A DNA stretch of 61,677 bases, taken from NCBI GenBank assembly GCA_021801925.1, contig JAKABH010000004.1, positions 1-61,677 on the forward strand, in the 5' to 3' direction. The stretch is from Thermoplasmata archaeon. GTDB taxonomy: Archaea; Thermoplasmatota; Thermoplasmata; Lutacidiplasmatales; UBA184. The notes under the pieces were generated by a model. That model searched no databases. It worked only from the letters and a program-made list of their open reading frames with translations, and was not told where the DNA came from. A program made the position numbers and the translations under genes. Below, piece after piece: positions 56,805 through 61,677 of this stretch. How positions within the stretch are numbered: position 1 is the stretch's first letter; each line of letters opens with the position of its first letter.

Positions 56805-57337
56805 GGCGACGCCCCAAGGCTCGCCGGACGGATACGGCTTGTCGGTACGTCTTCGGGCAGGCCGGCCGCCCCGACCGCCCGGAGCGGCGCTCCCGGGCCG
56901 GGCCCGCGCTCGTAGACGGCGATCGCTTTCTCGCCGTCCGCCTCGACCGCGACGATCGCCGCCAAAAGGCCGGGGAGCGCCTCGACCTGGTCGATCGCGG
57001 ACGGATCCGCGGTGCCGTCGGGATGGGAGTGGAAGACCCCGACCCAACGGTCGCCTCGCCCGCGCAGGATCGTCCGGAGCTCGTCCGGGTCGATCGCGAA
57101 CCGTCGGCCCCGGTCGATCGGCGCGGCGTTCCGGCACGGAACGACGACGACTCCGCCCGCTCCCGTGCCCCGGTCTGTCCCCCGGGCCGGCGGGGCGAAC
57201 CACACCCCGCACGCCTCCTCGGGGTAGGCGGCGAGCGCGAGGGCGCCGATCCGTCGTCTACCCTCCGCTCCGAGCGGCGAGCCGCTCCGGTGCATGTTCG
57301 CGCCGGTCCCGGTTCGGCCGGGGTGGGGGTCCGTCAC
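56801..57337 (-). CDS. JAMM/MPN+ (Mov34) metalloprotease
   Basis: YPEEACG, FHSHP-x6-S-x2-D; GTGA overlaps on both sides (alternative ATG at 57295). Confidence 0.85.
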   Translation of the reverse strand: MTDPHPGRTGTGANMHRSGSPLGAEGRRRIGALALAAYPEEACGVWFAPPARGTDRGTGAGGVVVVPCRNAAPIDRGRRFAIDPDELRTILRGRGDRWVGVFHSHPDGTADPSAIDQVEALPGLLAAIVAVEADGEKAIAVYERGPGPGAPLRAVGAAGLPEDVPTSRIRPASLGASP

Positions 57338-57981
57338 TGCAGCTGGATCAGATGGGAGCACCGGAGCCCGCCGCGGCCGATTGAATCCTCGAGGGCGACC
57401 CCGGCTTCCCCGAGGAGCGCTTCGGTGAGGTTCTTGTCGAAGACCTCGCAGAGCAGGTACGGGTGGCTGAGCGCGCTGTGGCGGAAGACGCAGTTCGTCC
57501 GGACGATGCGGGCGCCGCCGTCGGGGCCGACCTCGACCGTGCAGCGGAAGCCGAGCCGGTTCAACGCCTTCACGAGATGGTCGAGCCGCTCGGGCTCGGG
57601 CGCGTCCTTCGGGATCGACTTCGCGATCTCCGCGGCCATGCGCCGCGCCGACTGGACGAACAGCGCGCTCACGAACCCTTCCCCCTCCCGGGCGAGCAGC
57701 TCGTTGATCAGCGTGTCGAGGATGAGATCGTACTTCTTGGGGAACAGCCCCTGTCCCTGCTCGGTGAGGACGTACCGCTTCCGGGGTCGGCCGACCCCTT
57801 CCCGATGGAACGCCGGCGCGACGAGCCCCCGTCCTTCCATCCGGTCCAGGTGGCCCCGCGCCGCGCTCTCCTGGATGCCGAGCTTCGTCGCGAGGTCGCG
57901 GGCCGTGCGCGGGGCGACCGCCAGCTCCTCGAGGATCCGGCCCCGGGTCCCCTCGAGCCCCTCGACGTCGCTCGCGCCCAT
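57334..57981 (-). CDS. SufR-like wHTH transcriptional regulator with Cys-ligand C-terminal domain
   Basis: TRGRILEEL..ARDLATKLGI..HL, GVGRPRKRYVLT, NCVF..LC..RC. Confidence 0.85.
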   Translation of the reverse strand: MGASDVEGLEGTRGRILEELAVAPRTARDLATKLGIQESAARGHLDRMEGRGLVAPAFHREGVGRPRKRYVLTEQGQGLFPKKYDLILDTLINELLAREGEGFVSALFVQSARRMAAEIAKSIPKDAPEPERLDHLVKALNRLGFRCTVEVGPDGGARIVRTNCVFRHSALSHPYLLCEVFDKNLTEALLGEAGVALEDSIGRGGLRCSHLIQLQ

Positions 57982-58037
57982 GGTTCGGTAGCGGCTCCCT
58001 TGCGACCGGTCGGTCGGATTTACGCACCGCGCCATGC

Positions 58038-58044
58038 TTAAATA
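58038..58044 (+). promoter_or_regulatory. TATA box of sufC
   Basis: TTAAATA about 28 nt before ATG 58072. Confidence 0.6.
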
Positions 58045-58071
58045 ACGGTATCGGCTCGTTGGGTCGGTATC

Positions 58072-58845
58072 ATGGCGACGAACCCGACGCAGCACGTGCT
58101 TGAGGTGAAGGAGCTCCGGGCCGAGGTCGCCGGCAAGGAGATCCTGAAGGGCGTCACCCTCACCCTCCGCAGCGGCGAGATCGCCGCGCTCATGGGCCCG
58201 AACGGCTCGGGGAAGAGCACCCTCGCCTACGCCCTCATGGGCCATCCGAAGTACAAGGTCACGCACGGGTCGGTGACGATGGACGGCCACGACCTCCTTT
58301 CGATGAGCGTCGACCAGCGGGCGCGCGCCGGTCTGTTCCTCGGCTTCCAGTACCCGCAGGAGGTCTCCGGCCTCTCCCTCTCCAAGTTCCTGTGGACCGC
58401 CCACATGCAGCGGCACACCCCCGAGAACGCCGATGCCCCGGCGTTCGACCGCGATCTCAAGTCCCACCTCGGCATCCTCGGGATGGACGACTCGCTCCTC
58501 AAGCGGAGCCTGAACGAGGGGTTCTCGGGCGGGGAGAAGAAGCGGGTCGAGGTATTGCAGATGGCGACGCTCCGGCCGACGTTCTCCATCCTGGACGAGC
58601 CGGACTCCGGCCTCGACATCGACGCGGTACGCGCCGTCGGGGAGACCGTGGCGAAGATCCACCGGCCGGACGCGGGGATCCTCGTGATCACGCACTACCA
58701 GCGCATCCTGAAGTACGTGAAGCCCGATCGGGTCTTCGTCATGGTCGACGGCGCGATCGCCCTGCAGGGTGGCCGGGAGCTCGCGGAGGAGCTCGAGGCG
58801 AAGGGGTACGACTGGGTCCGCATCGGGATCGCCGAGGCGGCGTAG
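58072..58845 (+). CDS. sufC: Fe-S assembly ATPase SufC
   Basis: MGPNGSGKSTL, FQYPQEV, NEGFSGGEKKR, LDEPDSGLDID, ITHYQRIL. Confidence 0.96.
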   Translation: MATNPTQHVLEVKELRAEVAGKEILKGVTLTLRSGEIAALMGPNGSGKSTLAYALMGHPKYKVTHGSVTMDGHDLLSMSVDQRARAGLFLGFQYPQEVSGLSLSKFLWTAHMQRHTPENADAPAFDRDLKSHLGILGMDDSLLKRSLNEGFSGGEKKRVEVLQMATLRPTFSILDEPDSGLDIDAVRAVGETVAKIHRPDAGILVITHYQRILKYVKPDRVFVMVDGAIALQGGRELAEELEAKGYDWVRIGIAEAA

Positions 58846-58864
58846 GTCGCGACCGGACCGGTTG

Positions 58865-60121
58865 ATGGACGTCGCGCGCCTCCGCGCGGATTTCCCGATC
58901 CTGGAGCGGAAGTTCCACGGACTTCCGCTCGCCTACCTCGACAACGCGGCGACCTCCCAGAAGCCGCGGCCCGTCCTGGACGCCGTCCGGGAGTACTACT
59001 TCCGGGAGAATGCCAACCCCCACCGGGGCGTCTACGGGCTGAGCGTCGAAGCGACGTACGCCTACGAGAACGCGCGGGTGCGGATGGCGCGGTTCCTCAA
59101 CGCCCCGGATCCCGCGGGGGTGATCTTCGTCCGCGGCGCGACCGAGGGGCTCAACGTCGTGGCGACGAGCCTCGGGGTCGGGCTCGAGCGGGGCGACCGG
59201 GTGCTCACCACCGTCATGGAACACCACTCGAACCTCGTCCCGTGGGCGTTCCTCCGCGACCGGAAGGGGATCGTCCTCGACTACCTCGACATCGACGACG
59301 ACGGCCGGCTCCGCCTCGACCAGCTCGACGAGCAGCTCCGGCGGAAGCCGAAGGTCGTCGCGCTGACGCACGTCTCGAACGTCCTCGGCACCGTGAACCC
59401 GGTGCGCGCGATCGCCGATCGCGCCCACGAGGTCGGGGCGACGGTCGTGGTCGACGCGGCCCAGTCCGCCCCCCATCGGAAGGTCGACGTCCAGGCGCTC
59501 GGCGCGGATTTCCTGGCGTTCTCGGGTCACAAGATGCTCGGGCCGATGGGGATCGGGGTCCTGTGGGGGCGCCCGGAGCGACTCGCCGTCCTGCCGCCGG
59601 CCCAGGGCGGCGGGGAGATGATCCGCGAGGTCCACCAGGACCGTGTCGAGTTTCGCGAGCCCCCCGGGCGTTTTGAGGCCGGCACCCCGAACGTCGGGGG
59701 AGCGATCGCCCTCTCGGCGGCCGCCGACTACCTGGAGCGGATCGGCTGGGAGGAGCTCGCCGCGCACGAACGCCAGCTCGCGGATCGGTTCCTCCGCCGG
59801 CTCCGCGACCAGATCGGGGAGGAGATCCGGCTCTTCGGGCCCCCGACCCTCGACGACCGGGAGGCGGTCTTTTCCTTCGCGATGCGGGGGGCGCATCCGC
59901 ACGACGTCGCCTCGCTGCTCGACGCCGACGCCGTCGCGGTGCGGGCCGGCCACCACTGTGCCCAGCCGCTGATGGAGCGGCTCGGCGTCCCGGCGCTGAC
60001 CCGGGCGAGCCCGTACCTCTACAACACCCCGGACGAGATCGACCGGCTCGTCACCGCCCTCGAGAAGGTCCGCCACCTTTTCGCGACCCCGTCGCCCTCC
60101 AGCGGCCGCGGGGCCGCGTAA
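58865..60121 (+). CDS. sufS: Cysteine desulfurase SufS
   Basis: YLDNAATSQKP, MEHHSN, SGHKM, RFEAGTP, RAGHHCAQP. Confidence 0.96.
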   Translation: MDVARLRADFPILERKFHGLPLAYLDNAATSQKPRPVLDAVREYYFRENANPHRGVYGLSVEATYAYENARVRMARFLNAPDPAGVIFVRGATEGLNVVATSLGVGLERGDRVLTTVMEHHSNLVPWAFLRDRKGIVLDYLDIDDDGRLRLDQLDEQLRRKPKVVALTHVSNVLGTVNPVRAIADRAHEVGATVVVDAAQSAPHRKVDVQALGADFLAFSGHKMLGPMGIGVLWGRPERLAVLPPAQGGGEMIREVHQDRVEFREPPGRFEAGTPNVGGAIALSAAADYLERIGWEELAAHERQLADRFLRRLRDQIGEEIRLFGPPTLDDREAVFSFAMRGAHPHDVASLLDADAVAVRAGHHCAQPLMERLGVPALTRASPYLYNTPDEIDRLVTALEKVRHLFATPSPSSGRGAA

Positions 60122-60226
60122 AGGACGCCCTCCTACCCGTCCGTGTCGCGAAGGGCCCTACAGCCGCGGCTCCGGCAACACCGGCCTCGGTAGCGGGGTC
60201 GTGTCGCCTCGGCGGCTACCTGCTAA

Positions 60227-60233
60227 TTAAATA
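60227..60233 (+). promoter_or_regulatory. TATA box of sufB
   Basis: TTAAATA about 28 nt before ATG 60261. Confidence 0.6.
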
Positions 60234-60260
60234 CTCTGACGTGCTGGAATTGCCGAGATC

Positions 60261-61673
60261 ATGGCGCAGAGCACCTCGGACGTTACTCCTCTCGACTACA
60301 CCCGGTACGACTTCAAGAATCCCGAGACGTACCGCCTGCGCATCGCGAAGGGCCTGACCCGCGAGGTCGTCGAGCAGATCTCCGACTTCAAGCACGAGCC
60401 CGACTGGATGCGGCAGTACCGCCTGCGCGCCTACGAGCATTTCGTGGAGCGGCCGATGCCCGACTGGGGGCCGAGCCTCGCGGAGCTCGACTTCGACTCG
60501 TACACGTACTACGCGAACCCGCTCCTCGAGGGAGAGACGAAGCGGAGCTGGGAGGATCTCCCCGCGGACATCAAGAACACGTTCGACAAGCTCGGGATCC
60601 CGAAGGCGGAGCGGGAGTTCTTCGGCGGCGTCGGGGCCCAGTACGACAGCGGGACCGTCTACCACAAGATCCGCGAGGACCTCCAGGCGAAGGGGGTCCT
60701 GTTTACCGATACCGACACGGCGGTCAAGGAGCATCCCGAGATCGTCCGGAAGTACTTCGGGAAGATCGTCCCGTACAACGACAACAAGTTCTCCGCGCTC
60801 AACAGCGCCGTCTGGTCGGGCGGGAGCTTCGTCTACGTCCCGCCGGGGGTCGACGTCGGGATCCCGCTCCAGGCCTACTTCCGCATCAACGCGCGGAACG
60901 TCGGGCAGTTCGAGCGGACGCTCATCATCGCCGACAAGGGGGCGAAGGTCCACTACGTCGAGGGGTGCACCGCCCCGATCTACTCCACCGACTCCCTGCA
61001 CGCGGCGGTCGTGGAGGTCGTCGCCGAACCGTACGCCAAGGTCCGCTACACGACCGTCCAGAACTGGTCGAAGAACGTCTACAACCTGGTGACGAAGCGG
61101 GCCGTCGCCTACGAGCAGTCGCTCGTCGAATGGGTCGACGGCAACATGGGGTCCAAGGTGACGATGAAGTACCCGTCGGTCTACCTGCGCGGCCGCGGGG
61201 CCCGGGCCGACATCCTGTCGGTCGCCTTCGCGAGCCAGGGGCAGATCATCGATTCGGGGGCCAAGGCGGTCCACTCCGCCCCGGACACGTCGAGCAAGAT
61301 CATCTCGAAGTCGATCGCGATCCGCGGCGGCCAGACGAGCTACCGGGGCCTCCTCCACGTCGCCCCGGGGGCGACCGGGGTGAAGGCGGCGGTCCGCTGC
61401 GACGCGCTGCTCCCGGACGAGCTCGGCCGCTCCGACACCTACCCGTACAACGAGATCCACGAGGAGGACGCGACCGTGACCCACGAGGCGGTCGTCGGGA
61501 AGATCGGCGAGGAGCAGATCTTCTACCTCATGAGCCGCGGGCTCAACGAGTCGGACGCGATCCACCTGATCCTGATGGGGTTCCTCGCGGAGTTCGCGAA
61601 GGAGCTGCCGGTCGACTACGCCCTCGAGCTGAACCGGCTGATCCAGCTCGAGATGACCGGTTCGGTCGGATAG
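60261..61673 (+). CDS. sufB: Fe-S assembly scaffold SufB
   Basis: EPDWM, SAVWSGGSF, GQFERTLI, EGCTAP, VRCDALL, HEA, YLMSRG, MTGSVG. Confidence 0.97.
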   Translation: MAQSTSDVTPLDYTRYDFKNPETYRLRIAKGLTREVVEQISDFKHEPDWMRQYRLRAYEHFVERPMPDWGPSLAELDFDSYTYYANPLLEGETKRSWEDLPADIKNTFDKLGIPKAEREFFGGVGAQYDSGTVYHKIREDLQAKGVLFTDTDTAVKEHPEIVRKYFGKIVPYNDNKFSALNSAVWSGGSFVYVPPGVDVGIPLQAYFRINARNVGQFERTLIIADKGAKVHYVEGCTAPIYSTDSLHAAVVEVVAEPYAKVRYTTVQNWSKNVYNLVTKRAVAYEQSLVEWVDGNMGSKVTMKYPSVYLRGRGARADILSVAFASQGQIIDSGAKAVHSAPDTSSKIISKSIAIRGGQTSYRGLLHVAPGATGVKAAVRCDALLPDELGRSDTYPYNEIHEEDATVTHEAVVGKIGEEQIFYLMSRGLNESDAIHLILMGFLAEFAKELPVDYALELNRLIQLEMTGSVG

Positions 61674-61677
61674 GCGG

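Overview
Gene-dense, very GC-rich (by eye about 70-75%) archaeal chromosomal segment. TATA boxes lie about 25-30 nt before many start codons, suggesting leaderless mRNAs. The gene set (ABCE1, RFC large subunit, Hjc-type resolvase, MptA-type GTP cyclohydrolase, Sulfolobus/Thermoplasma-type gluconate dehydratase, KaiC/RAD55 ATPases) points to a Thermoplasmata archaeon, possibly a high-GC soil/peat lineage (inference). I support about 50 CDSs and two tRNAs. I see no CRISPR array, integrase, transposase or rRNA. The most notable observations are: (1) a minus-strand tRNA-Ser(GCU) interrupted by a 31-nt intron in the T-loop (59/60) with a relaxed BHB motif; (2) an overlapping sufR-like / JAMM protease / Ubl-E1-rhodanese fusion operon divergent from sufC-sufS-sufB; (3) a divergent MCM-like AAA+ protein and zinc-ribbon partner head-to-head with a Holliday junction resolvase; (4) an RFC large subunit with an ~80-aa insert resembling a GH42 beta-galactosidase subdomain; (5) a 1549-aa TPR protein with a RING-like finger beside a KaiC pair and a zinc-ribbon/SPFH operon. 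All family calls come from motif recognition by eye; no searches were run.
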